From contig CANQGU010000006.1 in the NCBI GenBank assembly GCA_947623465.1, forward strand, positions 1,032 through 65,031: 64,000 nucleotides of DNA, read 5' to 3'. The notes under the pieces were generated by a model. That model was not told the origin of the DNA. It did no database searches and saw nothing but the letters and a program-made list of their open reading frames with translations. Origin of the DNA: an uncultured Clostridia bacterium (GTDB taxonomy: Bacteria > Bacillota > Clostridia > TANB77 > CAG-508). Positions within the stretch are counted from its first letter, which is position 1. Every line of letters starts with the position of its first letter. Both the position numbers and the translations under genes were made by a program. This document shows positions 33,942-45,934 of this stretch, in pieces.

Positions 33942-34337
33942 ATGGATGAAGTAGTTAAAATTATAGGAATTGGGCTAGTTGCACTAATATTTATAATAAT
34001 TATTAAACAATATAGGCCAGAATTTGCTTTGTATATATCTTTAATTGCAGGAGCTTTAATCTTATATTTTGCTTTAGATGAAATATCTAGCATAATCAAT
34101 TTATTAAAAGATATTACACAAAAAGCAGGAATCAACAGTGAGTTTTTAGGAATTTTACTTAAAATGACAGGAATTGCATTTTTAGCAGAATTTGCAATTA
34201 GTATATGTAAAGATGCAGGAGAAGGAGCAATTGCAAACAAAGTAGAGCTTGGAAGTAAAGCAATAATTGTTTCTATGTCAATACCTATTATTTATAATTT
34301 GTTAGAGGTAATTTTAAAAGTTTTGCCAACAAAATAA
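33942..34337 (+). CDS. spoIIIAD: Stage III sporulation protein AD
   Basis: ICKDAGEGAIANKVELGSK motif. Confidence 0.95.
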   Translation: MDEVVKIIGIGLVALIFIIIIKQYRPEFALYISLIAGALILYFALDEISSIINLLKDITQKAGINSEFLGILLKMTGIAFLAEFAISICKDAGEGAIANKVELGSKAIIVSMSIPIIYNLLEVILKVLPTK

Positions 34338-34428
34338 ATTAACTACAAATAAAAATAATATTTAACTAGCAAAATAAATGAATTAAATATTTTGACAGCA
34401 AAATAAATTAATTACAAGGAGTCTACAA

Positions 34429-35675
34429 ATGAAAAAAAGGTGGCATATATATATATTAATAATTATCATCATTTTAATTCCTAAATTTACTTATGCTGAA
34501 TATAATTTAAATACTAAAAGTAATGCTGAAAATACATTAAGTATTGAAAGCACAAATAGCATAAACACACAAAATGCAGATAAAAATGAAATAAGTACAG
34601 AAAGTATTATAGAAGAACAAGAATCAAAATTTGGAATAAAAGATTTTTTAAAAGAAACAGAAAAATATGTACCAGAATATTTTAAAGACTTAAATATTTC
34701 AAAAATATTTAAAGAAGCAACAACAGGAAAAGTAAATAATGAAGGTATTTGGAACAAAATATTACCAATGCTTGGCAAAGAAATAACAAACACACTAAAA
34801 GTACTTATAAATATTTTAGTAATAGTTTTAATACATAGTTTATTAAAATCAATAACAGACAGTTTAGAAGGCACTAATGTTTCTAAAATAGTTTACTATG
34901 TTCAATACATATTAATTGTAACTGTAATTATGGCAAGCTTTTCTGACATTATAAAAAGTATAACAGAAACAATACAAGATCTTGTTGGATTTTCAGAAGT
35001 TTTAGTTCCACTTTTAATTACACTTATGATGTTTACGCGGTAGCATTGCAACAACTACAGTTATAGAACCTATATTGTTATTTTTAATACAATTTATTGG
35101 AAATTTAATTCAAAATCTTGTAGTACCAATTGTCTCTATAATAGTAGTATTAATAATAGTTTCAAAAATAACAGACAAGGTTCAAGTAAATAAGCTATCT
35201 AAATTTATGCAATCAAGTATTGTATGGTTTTTAGGAATTATACTTACTGTATTTGTAGGGGTTGTTTCATTAGAAGGAACATTAACTGCAAGTGTTGATG
35301 GAATAACTGCAAAAACAACGAAAGCTGCTGTTAGTACATTAATACCAGTTGTACGGAAAAGTTTTAGGAGACGGAGTAGATAGCATACTAGGCTGTGGAG
35401 TTATTTTAAAAAATGCAGTAGGTTTAGTTGGAGTTATTATAATTATTGGAATATGTTTATTACCTATAATTAAACTTGCTACATTTAGCATAATGTACTC
35501 TATAACATCTAGTATTATAGAACCACTAGCTGATGAAAAAATTGTAAAATTACTAGATGATATGAGTGGTGTATTTAAATTACTTCTTGCAATAGTCTGC
35601 TCAGTATCAGTTTTATTAATTATAGGAGTTACATTAGTTATAAAAATATCTAATAGTGGTATGATGTACAGATAA
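34429..35675 (+). CDS. spoIIIAE: Stage III sporulation protein AE, with +1 shifts at CGG 35038 and 35354
   Basis: LMMFT-[C]-GSIATT...IPVV-[C]-GKVLGD...LKNAVG joins three ORFs into one protein. Confidence 0.9.
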
Positions 35676-35755
35676 TAAAATTTTCTAATAGCAGTATGGT
35701 ATACAGATGATAAAATTTTCTAATAGTAGGATGATGTATAAATGATAAAGTTTTT
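35649..35755 (+). repeat. 35-bp tandem triplication across the spoIIIAE/AF junction
   Basis: TCTAATAG begins at 35649, 35684 and 35719; the units are similar throughout. Confidence 0.75.
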
Positions 35756-36305
35756 AAGTAATTGGGTACAGCAAATTGCACTCGCTGTTATAATAGTTAG
35801 TATATTTGAACTAATACTTCCAAATGGAAATTTAAAAAAATACATAAAAATTATTTTAGGAATATATGTTATATTTTGTTTAATTTCTCCATTTGTTGAT
35901 AGTCAAGCTTTATATAAATTACAAAATGTAGATTTAAGCGAATATGTAGAAAATGAAACACAAGCACTAAATAGTACAGTAAATCAAGAAAGTATGGACT
36001 TAAGACTTAGTCAATTATATATAGAAGAATTAGAAAAAGATATAAAAAAACGAGTAGAAGAAAATGAATATAAAATGGTAAAATGCAATATTGATGCTAA
36101 TTTAAAAACATCAAGTAACAATCCGGGAATTCATAAAATTGATTTAACAATAAGCAAAAACAACATTAATGTTAGTGATGTAGAAATAAACATAAAAAAG
36201 ACAGATGAAAAAAAACAAGAAGATGTAGATGTAGAAAACTTAAAAAAAAGTATAGCAAGTAATTACGAAATAAGCAAAGACATAATAAATATTAAAATAA
36301 AGTAG
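35742..36305 (+). CDS. spoIIIAF: Stage III sporulation protein AF
   Basis: ELILPNGNLKKYIK motif; operon order. Confidence 0.88.
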   Translation: MIKFLSNWVQQIALAVIIVSIFELILPNGNLKKYIKIILGIYVIFCLISPFVDSQALYKLQNVDLSEYVENETQALNSTVNQESMDLRLSQLYIEELEKDIKKRVEENEYKMVKCNIDANLKTSSNNPGIHKIDLTISKNNINVSDVEINIKKTDEKKQEDVDVENLKKSIASNYEISKDIINIKIK

Positions 36306-36447
36306 CATAATTAAATAAAATTTTTTAATAAACAAATAATGATAAATATTAATATAATTTAATAAAAAAGAACTTTAAATAAAAAGCAAAAATTAAGTTA
36401 AATAGCCAAAGAAAAAAGGAGGGGCTTAAAAAAAGCCAAAGGAAAAA

Positions 36448-37050
36448 ATGAGTGATTTATTAAAAAAAATAACTTCAAAAAATACAGAAACAAAAAATAA
36501 GAAAAAAATAGAAAATCTAGTTTTTCTTATAATCATACTAGTTATAACAATTTTCATAATAAATTCAATTTTAAAAGAAAATAAAAAGGAAGACCAAACC
36601 CAAACTAAAGAAACAGCAGTATTTAGTGAAAATGTCACAGATAACAGCAAAGAAATTTCAAAAGGAGATTTAGAAAAAAATCTTGAAAACATTTTAAGTA
36701 CAATAAAAAATGTTGGAGATGTAAGTGTATTTATAAATTATGCTGAAAGTAGTAAATTAGAACCATTATATGACGAAACAACAACAACAAGTAGTACAGA
36801 AGAAGGAGATTCATCTGGTGGGACAAGAAATGTAACAGAAACAGAAACACAAAAAGAAGTTGTTTTTTCAGAAAATTCAGGAGAAAAAAATCCTGTAACT
36901 CAAAAAACAACAATGCCAGTAATTCAAGGAGCAGTAATTACTGCAAAAGGAGCAAGTGATGCAATCACAAAAACTAATATAATAAGTGCAGTAGAAGCTG
37001 TAACAGGGTTAACAATAGATAAAATTCAAGTATTTGAAAAGGCAGAGTAA
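36448..37050 (+). CDS. spoIIIAG: Stage III sporulation protein AG
   Basis: LENILSTIKNVGDVSV, PVIQGAVITAKGA, KIQVF motifs. Confidence 0.9.
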   Translation: MSDLLKKITSKNTETKNKKKIENLVFLIIILVITIFIINSILKENKKEDQTQTKETAVFSENVTDNSKEISKGDLEKNLENILSTIKNVGDVSVFINYAESSKLEPLYDETTTTSSTEEGDSSGGTRNVTETETQKEVVFSENSGEKNPVTQKTTMPVIQGAVITAKGASDAITKTNIISAVEAVTGLTIDKIQVFEKAE

Positions 37051-37065
37051 GGAAGGAGATTAAAT

Positions 37066-37854
37066 ATGGAAAAGGAAAATATATTAAAAAAATTTTTTAA
37101 TAAATCAAAAGTATCAACCACAAAAGTGAAAAAAGGTGAAATTGTAATATATGCAATTGCTTTAATGCTTGTTACAGCAGGATATTATAATTATTCGACT
37201 TTTAACAAAGATGTACAAGAAACATATTCAGAAGATGTAAGTGAAATAAATAATAAATATGCAAATGTCGGAGATGCAGTTTTAGTAAACAGCAATGAAA
37301 CTCAAAGTGAAGAAAATACCAATTCTATAGTAAGCAATGATGGTATGGAAATTCAAAATATTGTAGGAAATCAAGTTGATGCATCTACAACTAATATTGT
37401 AGATAATGAATCTGATGCAAATACAGCTGAAAGTCAAGAAAATGAAAGCAATACTACTAACAAAACTGAAGAAGTACAGCAAGTAAATACTCAAGTAACA
37501 GACGAAACAGACTATTATGCAAGTTCAAAATTAGAAAGAGATAAAATGTATGCCGAGATGTTATCAAATTACGAGCAAATACTTAATAATAACAGCGTAA
37601 CAGAAGCACAAAAAACAATAGCAACACAAGAAATCGCAAAAATAAACAATAATAAAAATGCAATTATGATATGTGAAAATCTAATATTAACAAAAGGATT
37701 TAAAAATTGTGTTATTCTAATAAACGATTCAAGCATAAACGTTGTTGCAAACATAGAAGGCGGATTAACAGCAGATGCTGTAGCCAAAATTCAAAATATA
37801 GTTTCAAGAGAATTAAAAACAGAGATAGAAAATATACATATTACTGAAAAATAA
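37066..37854 (+). CDS. spoIIIAH: SpoIIIAH-like protein
   Basis: N-terminal TM; YYASSKLER and ENLILTKGF; last gene of the operon. Confidence 0.88.
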   Translation: MEKENILKKFFNKSKVSTTKVKKGEIVIYAIALMLVTAGYYNYSTFNKDVQETYSEDVSEINNKYANVGDAVLVNSNETQSEENTNSIVSNDGMEIQNIVGNQVDASTTNIVDNESDANTAESQENESNTTNKTEEVQQVNTQVTDETDYYASSKLERDKMYAEMLSNYEQILNNNSVTEAQKTIATQEIAKINNNKNAIMICENLILTKGFKNCVILINDSSINVVANIEGGLTADAVAKIQNIVSRELKTEIENIHITEK

Positions 37855-37900
37855 AAATAAAAATAAAATTATACATATTGCTGAAAAATAAAACATAAAA

Positions 37901-37934
37901 TGGAAATAGAGTTTGTCCTCTATTTCTTTTTTTT
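37901..37934 (+). terminator. Intrinsic terminator after spoIIIAH
   Basis: GAAATAGAG...CTCTATTTC followed by a T8 run. Confidence 0.75.
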
Positions 37935-37939
37935 GAATA

Positions 37940-38010
37940 AAACGGTCAAAAAAGGACGTCCAAAATGACAAAACGGTCAAAAAAGGACGTCCCCAATGAC
38001 ACCCAATGAC
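37940..38010 (-). repeat. Two tandem inverted copies of the REP-like repeat
   Basis: GTCAAAAAAGGACGTCC(A/C)(A/C)AATGACA is the reverse complement of the 9290/18348 unit. Confidence 0.8.
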
Positions 38011-38046
38011 TTTTTAAACCCTCGAAAATCAGCATTTTAAAGAAAT

Positions 38047-38128
38047 ATTACAATTATATTACAGCAAAATTAATTTTATGTTACAAAAGGAAAATAATGT
38101 TGATTTAAGAAATTAAATGTTGTAAAAT
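38047..38128 (+). promoter_or_regulatory. Promoter of the pilus-like operon with upstream direct repeats
   Basis: TTGATT-17 nt-TAAAAT; TTACA repeats at 38048, 38059 and 38081. Confidence 0.5.
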
Positions 38129-38178
38129 AAAGAAAGATATGTAAATAATTATTTTAAATTATAGAGGAGGAATGAGCA

Positions 38179-39270
38179 ATGGCATCAAATCCAATGCAAA
38201 GACAAGCAAGAAATTATTTTTTATTAGGAATGGCACTAGCTATAATAATAGCAGGAATAATTATAGCATTTTTATTTATGCAAATGAAAAAGGTAAATGA
38301 ACAATTACAAGCTGAAAAAGCAGGAACCAAAACAGCATATGTATTAACACAAGATATAAAATCAGGTCAAGTAATTGATTCAACTATGTTTGAACCACGT
38401 GAATTAAAAGAAGCAGGAATTCCAGCAGACGCAACAGGAGATGTAAATACTTTACTAAGTAATTATTCATTATGTGATAAATCTGGAAATAATATATATG
38501 TTGACTCAGATGGTTCTCTTTATATGAATATAAATAACTCAAAAGTAACAGTATATAGAGAAGCTGCAACAGATAGTTATTATACTCAAGGTACAAATGG
38601 AGAAAAATCATACATAGAAACAGTACAAAAATCAATAATTGCAAAAGTAGATATGAAAGCAAATACTGTAATAACAAACTCTTTAATTGCAAGAGCAGAC
38701 GAAATACAAACAGATGACGTAAGAAGACAAGAATACAATATGTTAAGTTTGCCAATTGACCTAATGACAGGAGATTACGTTGATGTCAGATTCATGCTTC
38801 CAAATGGTCAAGACTTCATAGTTGTATCTAAAAAACAAGTTACAGTACCTGATGTAAATGGAGCTTATTTAGCAGATACAATACAAATGAATATGTCTGA
38901 AGATGAAATATTATCTTTATCATGTGCAATAGTTGAAGCATATAGAATGGAAGCATCTAAACTATATGTTACAAAATATACAGAAGCAGGATTACAAGAA
39001 GCTGCAACACCTAATTATGCAGTTAATAATGAAGTTGCAAATGAAATAGATAAAGATCCAAATATAGTTCAAGAAGCTAAAAATGCTTTAAGTAGAAGAT
39101 ACTCAGGAGGAGCTACAGATTTAAGAAACAACTATATAAATGGAGCATTATCAACTTATGGAGATACAGAAAATCTACCTACTAAAGTTGAAGAAAGTAT
39201 AACATCTTCTCAAGAAGCAAGACAACAGTATTTACAAGGATTGACAGGAGCTGTAACAACAGGACAATAA
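38179..39270 (+). CDS. CpaB/RcpC-like SAF-domain pilus assembly protein
   Basis: N-terminal TM; YVLTQDIKSGQVI (SAF-like); LMTGDYVDVRF. Confidence 0.7.
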   Translation: MASNPMQRQARNYFLLGMALAIIIAGIIIAFLFMQMKKVNEQLQAEKAGTKTAYVLTQDIKSGQVIDSTMFEPRELKEAGIPADATGDVNTLLSNYSLCDKSGNNIYVDSDGSLYMNINNSKVTVYREAATDSYYTQGTNGEKSYIETVQKSIIAKVDMKANTVITNSLIARADEIQTDDVRRQEYNMLSLPIDLMTGDYVDVRFMLPNGQDFIVVSKKQVTVPDVNGAYLADTIQMNMSEDEILSLSCAIVEAYRMEASKLYVTKYTEAGLQEAATPNYAVNNEVANEIDKDPNIVQEAKNALSRRYSGGATDLRNNYINGALSTYGDTENLPTKVEESITSSQEARQQYLQGLTGAVTTGQ

Positions 39271-39291
39271 ACGCATATGAAAGGATGAAAT

Positions 39292-40002
39292 ATGGAAAAA
39301 ATTGGATTTATAGGAGCTTATGATAAAGCAAACTTTTTGATATATTTATCTAAATTATTAACAACATTAGGACATAAGGTTCTAGTAATAGATACAAGTG
39401 ATGTACAAAAGATAAAATACATTGTACCAGCATTACATCCAACAAAGTCTTATATAACCTCATTTGAGGACATAGATTTTGCAGTAGGGTTTGATTCATT
39501 AAGTGATGTAGAAAAGTATTTAGGATTAGTATATGATACAAATGACGATAACATTAAAGGCGAAAATAAAGATTTATATGATTATATCTTAATAGATATT
39601 GACAGTAGTGAAATGCTAGAAAAATTTGAAATACAAAAGCTAGAAAAAAATTACTTTTTAACTGCATTTGACATGTATTCATTAAAAAAAGGAATAAATA
39701 TTTTTCGAAATTTAGTGGAGCCAATAACTTTAACAAGGATATTATTTTCTTATCAAGCTTCTAAAGTAGACGAAGATTATTTGAATTTCATATCAATGAC
39801 ATACAAAATAAATTGGAAAGATTATAATATGTACTTTAGAATTTTAGGAGAAGACAACAAAGTATTTGAAGACAATCAAAGAATTGAAAAAATAAGATTT
39901 AGAAGGTTGAGTCCTGACTTTAAAAATACACTTGGTTATGTTGTACAAGATATTAATAAGTCAGAAAGTATGATGAAAATAAAAAAGGCAATGAAAGATT
40001 GA
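39292..40002 (+). CDS. Degenerate ParA/MinD-like (TadZ/CpaE-like) protein
   Basis: IGFIGAYDK, KVLVID, YDYILIDID motifs. Confidence 0.55.
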   Translation: MEKIGFIGAYDKANFLIYLSKLLTTLGHKVLVIDTSDVQKIKYIVPALHPTKSYITSFEDIDFAVGFDSLSDVEKYLGLVYDTNDDNIKGENKDLYDYILIDIDSSEMLEKFEIQKLEKNYFLTAFDMYSLKKGINIFRNLVEPITLTRILFSYQASKVDEDYLNFISMTYKINWKDYNMYFRILGEDNKVFEDNQRIEKIRFRRLSPDFKNTLGYVVQDINKSESMMKIKKAMKD

Positions 40003-40013
40003 GGTGAAAAAAC

Positions 40014-40871
40014 ATGTCAATTATAACATTTTGGAATGGAACAGAAGATGAAGTAGGAACAACAACAAGTAGTATAGCATTTGCCACACAAGTTGCAATT
40101 GAACACAATATACGAGTACTTCTTATATCTACTTCATTAAATGATAGCACAATAAAAGATAGTTTTTGGCAAGAAAGCAAAAAAAAGTCGTTTGGAATTT
40201 TTACAGACAATCGTAGTAAAATGATTGAAAACAATGGATTAGAAGGACTAGACAGAGTAATAAGAAGTAATAAAGTAACTCCAGAAGCAGTAAGAGATTA
40301 TACAAAAATTGTATTAAAAAACAGATTAGAAATTTTGCTTGGCTTAGAAGGAACCGACGAAGCTATGCAAAAACAATATATGATTATGCAAGAAAAATAT
40401 CCTCAAATAATGGAACTAGCTGATCATTACTATGATATGGTAATAGTTGATTTAGACAAAAAAATAAAAAATGCAACTAGATTAGAAATACTAAAAAAAT
40501 CTCACATCGTAGTAACTATGGTTTCACAAAAAGCAAAATCAATACAAAAAATAAATGAATTAATAAAACAAAACGATATATTAAATGAAGAAAACACTGT
40601 AATGACAATAGGCAAATATATGGATAATACAAGATATAATGCAAAAAACATTACAAGAAATTTACTTAAGAAAAGAGATATAATAAATACAATACCATAT
40701 AACAATTTATTATTTGAAGCTACTCAAGAAGGAAAAATTATAGATTTATACTTTAATTTTATAAGATTACGAGAAAAAGATGAAAACTATTATTTTGTAA
40801 AAGAAATAAAAAGATTATATGCAAACATAAAAGGAAAAATAGAAATATTACAAATGGAAAGAAAAATATAG
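40014..40871 (+). CDS. ParA/MinD-like (TadZ/CpaE-like) protein
   Basis: Degenerate P-loop ITFWN...VGTTTS; YDMVIVDL. Confidence 0.6.
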   Translation: MSIITFWNGTEDEVGTTTSSIAFATQVAIEHNIRVLLISTSLNDSTIKDSFWQESKKKSFGIFTDNRSKMIENNGLEGLDRVIRSNKVTPEAVRDYTKIVLKNRLEILLGLEGTDEAMQKQYMIMQEKYPQIMELADHYYDMVIVDLDKKIKNATRLEILKKSHIVVTMVSQKAKSIQKINELIKQNDILNEENTVMTIGKYMDNTRYNAKNITRNLLKKRDIINTIPYNNLLFEATQEGKIIDLYFNFIRLREKDENYYFVKEIKRLYANIKGKIEILQMERKI

Positions 40872-40917
40872 CTAATTAATTAAAAGGACATAAGTTTTCT
40901 TTTAGGAGGAAAAAACA

Positions 40918-42917
40918 ATGACAATATCAAATGTAATACTTATAATGGTAGTTATGTGGATAGCTGCATTAATAATATATTTTCATATAAAATCAAAAAA
41001 GAATGCAGAAGTCATAACCAAAATGGATGTTGATGACCAAACCTATACATTAGGACAAATGATTGAATTTGTAAAAAGAAGATTAGACGAAATTACAAAA
41101 ATCAACTTATACGATATAGGTTTATCAGAAGAAGAATTAAAAAGAAGAAAAAGTAAAAAATACGAATTAAAAAAGGCATTAAAAGGATGTACGTATGGAG
41201 ATGTAAACGATAAAAAATATGTTAAAGAATTAATATATGATTTATTAGCAAAAGAATATGGAGTTACTGAAATGAACATTTCTAAAGCAATTCCATTTGA
41301 TATTCCATCACTTTTAACATCTCAAGATAAATTTGATATTTTAATATATATGTATAAAAAAGAATTTGGATATGAAGCATTAAGTGAAATGATAAGAAAA
41401 TATAAACTAGATGAATTTAAATATATCCAAGGAGAAACAAAACCATGTTATGTAATAACAGAGGACGAAATAAATGACATTTTTGAAGAAGAAAATGTTG
41501 AATTAACATTTGCAGACAAATTAAATATAGTAGTACAAAGAATTTACCAACAATATAAAGGTTACTCAAGTATAGACGAAATTAGAGATATGAACATAGA
41601 TGGTGTATCAGGTGGTGTATCAGGTTTACCTGAAAGCTTTATAAGCCAAGTTGCACAAACAGATTCAGCAGATTATCTATCTCAAATAGAAGAACACAAA
41701 GTACAACGTGCATGCGACAGTATATGGATAATGTTCCACCGGTAAATCAATAAGATTAGCATTTTTATCATTTGGATCAGAGGCAGAACTAAAAAGAGTA
41801 TGTCAAAATATATACAAATACAACAACCCAGGACAATTATCAGATACAAATGGTTACAAAATAAATGAAATGAAAGATGGATCTCGTGTCGTTGTTGTTA
41901 GACCATCAATGTCGGAAACATGGGCATTTTTCGTAAGAAAATTTGACGTAAAACGTGCAACACTTGAACAAATAGTATTATACCCGGGAAAAGAAGACAC
42001 AATAAATCTTTTAAAATTCCTAGTAAAAGGAGCAAGAATAATATCATTAACAGGAGAGCAAGGTTGTGGTAAAACAACAATGCTTATGGCAATGATAGAA
42101 AACATATACGAAACAATGAACCTTCGTATTACAGAAACAGCGTTCGAGTTACACTTAAGAAAAATATATCCAACACGTAACATTGTATCAATGCGTGAAA
42201 CAGATACAATAGCCGGACAAGAATGTTTGGACGTTCAAAAGAAAACAGATGGTTCTGTAAACATAATCCGGAGAGGTTGCAACAGACCCCGTAGCATCTT
42301 GGATGATACAATCAGCCCAAGTTGCATCAAAATTCACATTATTTACTCACCACGCAAAAACATTTCCGGATTTAGTAACAGCTTTAAGAAACTCAATGTT
42401 AAGAGCAGGAGTATTTAAAAACGAAAAAACAGCAGAAGAACAAGTTGTACAAGTATTAAACTTCGATATTCACTTAGTAAAAGACTACAGAGGAAATCGT
42501 TACATAGAAAGAATCACAGAATGTATACCTGTAGAAAACAAAAATGAATACACATTTAACCACAGAATAGAAAAAACATTAGAAGGAAAATTTGATAAAT
42601 TTTTCGATAATGCAACACATTATTTTATGAAAACAACAGACAAACAATTATATATCTACAGAAACATATTAGAATATGTAGATGGAGAATATATAATAAC
42701 AAATAAAATATCAGATAAAAACATTAGAGAAATGAGACTAAATATGACAGACACAGATGCTGAAGAATTTGACGAATTTGTTGCTAGACATTGGGGAGAA
42801 GAAAGTGTTTACAGAATGGAAGATGAAAGAAAACAAAAATCACAAAAAGCATCAAAATTAGCAAAATCAGGAACAACTAAAAAAAGAGGAAGACCTAGAC
42901 TAGCAGAAGAACTTTAA
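40918..42917 (+). CDS. CpaF/TadA-type secretion ATPase, with +1 shifts at CGG 41740 and 42269
   Basis: IMFH-[C]-GKSIRLAFLSFG...DGSRVVVVRP...GEQGCGKTT (Walker A)...VNII-[C]-GEVATD (Walker B)...FTHHA. Confidence 0.85.
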
Positions 42918-42977
42918 AAAATAGAATAAAAAAGATAAGCGTCTTATTACTTAAAAAAAGGAGGTGCAAAAAAAGAA

Positions 42978-45045
42978 ATGTCATCAAATATGCTACTTTA
43001 TGTAATATATGCAGTTGCGGGAACATTTGCTGTAATTGTGGTTGCATACTTTATACTATCTAAAAAGATGGGAAAGTCTGACTACCAACAAATAAAAAAA
43101 TTAAGACAAGGTACCCAAAGCGAAGGATTTTCATTTGAAATATTATACCAAAAATTGTATATTACATATTCAAAAATACCATTTATTAGAAATTACGTAT
43201 TAAAACTTAGAAGAAGACTTGAAATTTTAAATATTGATGACGAATATGCAACTCGCCGTGATTCTGCCAAAATACTTACTAGAACATTACTTGTTTTAAT
43301 ACCAATAATGACTTTAAGTATAATACTTACACATACAAACCATTTATTGTTATCTATAATATTAATTTTTGAAATATTTATGTTAGATAACCTTATAGAT
43401 GGTATGGTGGATAAGATGGACAACTCTTTATTAAAAGAACAGCTTGACTTTTTCGCAGAAATTAGACATGCTTATCACGAATACAACATGGTAGAAGAAG
43501 CAATATACCAAATTTCACAAGATGACGAAAAAAATATTTCTAAACAGGGAGAAAAAATTTACGAAGTTTTAATTGCAAATGACCCTGAAACAGAACTAGA
43601 AAAATATTATGATGTTGCACCAAATAGTTATTTAAAAGAATTTGCAGGAGTTTCATATTTAACAAAAGAATATGGAGATAGAAAAGTAGATAGATCTTCT
43701 TTATATTTAAAAAATGTAAACAATATAACAGAAGAAATGCAAATAGAAATTTTAAAAAGAGACAAAATAGACTACGTATTTCAGAGTTTATCACTTATAT
43801 CTATAGTTCCGGTATTGGGATTAGAACCATTAAAAAATTGGGCAATTAGCAACTTTAGTTTCACTCAGAATTTTTACTGTGGAAAAGGTGGCATGATGGT
43901 TCAAATATTAGTAATATTGCTAACAGTAATATGTTACTTATTACTTAGAAAATTAAAAAACAATGGATCAACAGATAAGAATAGGCGGAGCTAGAGAAAA
44001 TCCATGGCAAGCCAAAGTATACAAAAACCCAATAGGAAAGAAAATAGTAGATGCATTTTTACCTAAAAAAGGTACAAAAGAATATTTAAAAGTTCAAAAG
44101 CTTTTAAAAGATTCAGCATCTAACCTTAAAATGGAATGGCTATATATAAATAGAATTGCAATAGCAATAGTAACATTTATTGTTTCTCTGTTATTATTTG
44201 TACAACTTCATAATGTTACTGTAAAATGGATATATGAAGAGCCAACAACAGATTATGATATAATGGGTGGACTTACAGGTTCAGAATTAGAAGAAGCTCA
44301 AAAACTTACAGAAAGTGATAATAAATTTCTAGATAAATTTAGAGGAAATAAAGAAACAACAGTAGATGATATACAAAAAGCAATGGAAATTTCAGAAGAT
44401 TATATTGATGCAGATGAAGAAGATATTGAAAAAGCAGCCCAAAGGGTATATGACAAATTACAAAAAATAAACAAAGAATATTTAGGATGGTTCGAAGTAT
44501 TGCTATCAGTAGCATTTACAATCATTGCATATATGGGACCAATATGGATAATGTATTTCCAATTAAAAATGAGGTTAATGGAAATGGAAGACGAGGTAAT
44601 GCAATTCCAAACAATAATATTAATGCTAATGAGAATAGAGCGTGTAAATGTTGAAATCATTTTAGAGTGGCTAGAAAGATATGCAAATATATTTAAAGAA
44701 CCAATAGCAAGATGTGTGAACAACTATGAAGCAGGAGCTTGGGAAGCTTTAGAGGTACTTAAAAACGAAACAAATTACCAACAATTTATAAGAATAGTAG
44801 AAAGCTTGCAAGCAGCTGTGGAAAAAATACCAATTAGAGATGCATTTGATGAGCTAGATACAGAAAGAGATTATTACCAAGCAAAAAGACGTGAATCAAA
44901 TGACAGATTAATTGCTAGAAAAGCTATGATAGGAAAAGTTATTGGATTTGCACCAATGGTTGTTATGTTTGTTGGATACTTGATAGTACCATTAGTATTT
45001 ATAGGATTAACAAGTATGACAAGTTCAATGGCAAGTTTAGAATAA
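42978..45045 (+). CDS. Large membrane protein, TadB/TadC-like platform (two halves joined by +1 shift at CGG 43986)
   Basis: Multi-TM halves follow the ATPase; DKNR-[C]-GARENPWQ joins them; no convincing RBS/start seen for the second half. Confidence 0.7.
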
Positions 45046-45061
45046 AAAAGAAGGTGATATT

Positions 45062-45925
45062 TTGGAAAACGCATCAAAGGCCCTACTAATTGCGGGAAGT
45101 GTATTAATTGCAATTTTAATTTTATCTCTACTTGTTTATGCTTTTAATGTATTTTCTGAATATCAAACTTCAAAAGATGAGTTGGATTTAATAGAAGATA
45201 TATCAAAATTTAATGAACAATTTACAAATTACGATAGAGATAATGTTAGAGGTTATGAATTAATTTCATTTGTAAACCAAGTTATAGATTATAACAAAAG
45301 AAGAACTAACGCAGAAGGTGCTGTTGGAGAAGATAAATATACTCCGGTTACAGTTGATATCGTTATAGATCAACCTGGAGAAGATAAAAATCGTAAAAGT
45401 TTAACTAAAGACGATAACATCCAAGCATTTACGAACAACATGTATAAGATTGACGCTACTAAAAGAGGAACCTTTGGAGATAAATTAGATGACATGCAAA
45501 AGATTGAAGGAATTTTTGGAGGAGCGACTGCTGCTACAAATTTAGCAAAAAGTTATAATGAAATATATTATCCTTTAAGTGGTAAAGAAACTACGCCTGA
45601 TGAAATTAAATTAAAGTGGGTATCTTCTGTAAAATTATTCAATAATTATTGCGAAGATAATAGTCTTGATATAGAAATTAAAGATGATATAAAAGATATA
45701 GAAACAGAGAAACTAAAAGCAGAGCTTGGAACAGCAGATAGAGATAGCGACAATATAAAATTAAGCCGATATAATAATAAAACTATCAAAGAGGCTATAA
45801 GTAAATATTATGAATATATGCAATTTAAAAGATGTGTATTTATATCTGATTCTAATGCAATACAATATGATGATGTATCTGGAAGAATTAAATATATGAA
45901 ATTTACTTTTAATAAAATAGAATAG
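45062..45925 (+). CDS. MENAS-type pilin-like protein 1
   Basis: MENASKALLIAGSVLIAILILSL; ISKFNEQF. Confidence 0.7.
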   Translation: MENASKALLIAGSVLIAILILSLLVYAFNVFSEYQTSKDELDLIEDISKFNEQFTNYDRDNVRGYELISFVNQVIDYNKRRTNAEGAVGEDKYTPVTVDIVIDQPGEDKNRKSLTKDDNIQAFTNNMYKIDATKRGTFGDKLDDMQKIEGIFGGATAATNLAKSYNEIYYPLSGKETTPDEIKLKWVSSVKLFNNYCEDNSLDIEIKDDIKDIETEKLKAELGTADRDSDNIKLSRYNNKTIKEAISKYYEYMQFKRCVFISDSNAIQYDDVSGRIKYMKFTFNKIE

Positions 45926-45934
45926 GAGTAAAAT

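Noticed and set aside
43963-45045. Independent gene starting at ATG 43963 (likewise 4135, 11659, 35075, 41870, 49647, 56404)
   Set aside because: No convincing RBS seen and the N-termini are off-frame or mid-domain; better explained as post-shift continuations, although separate TadB and TadC genes remain possible for 43963.
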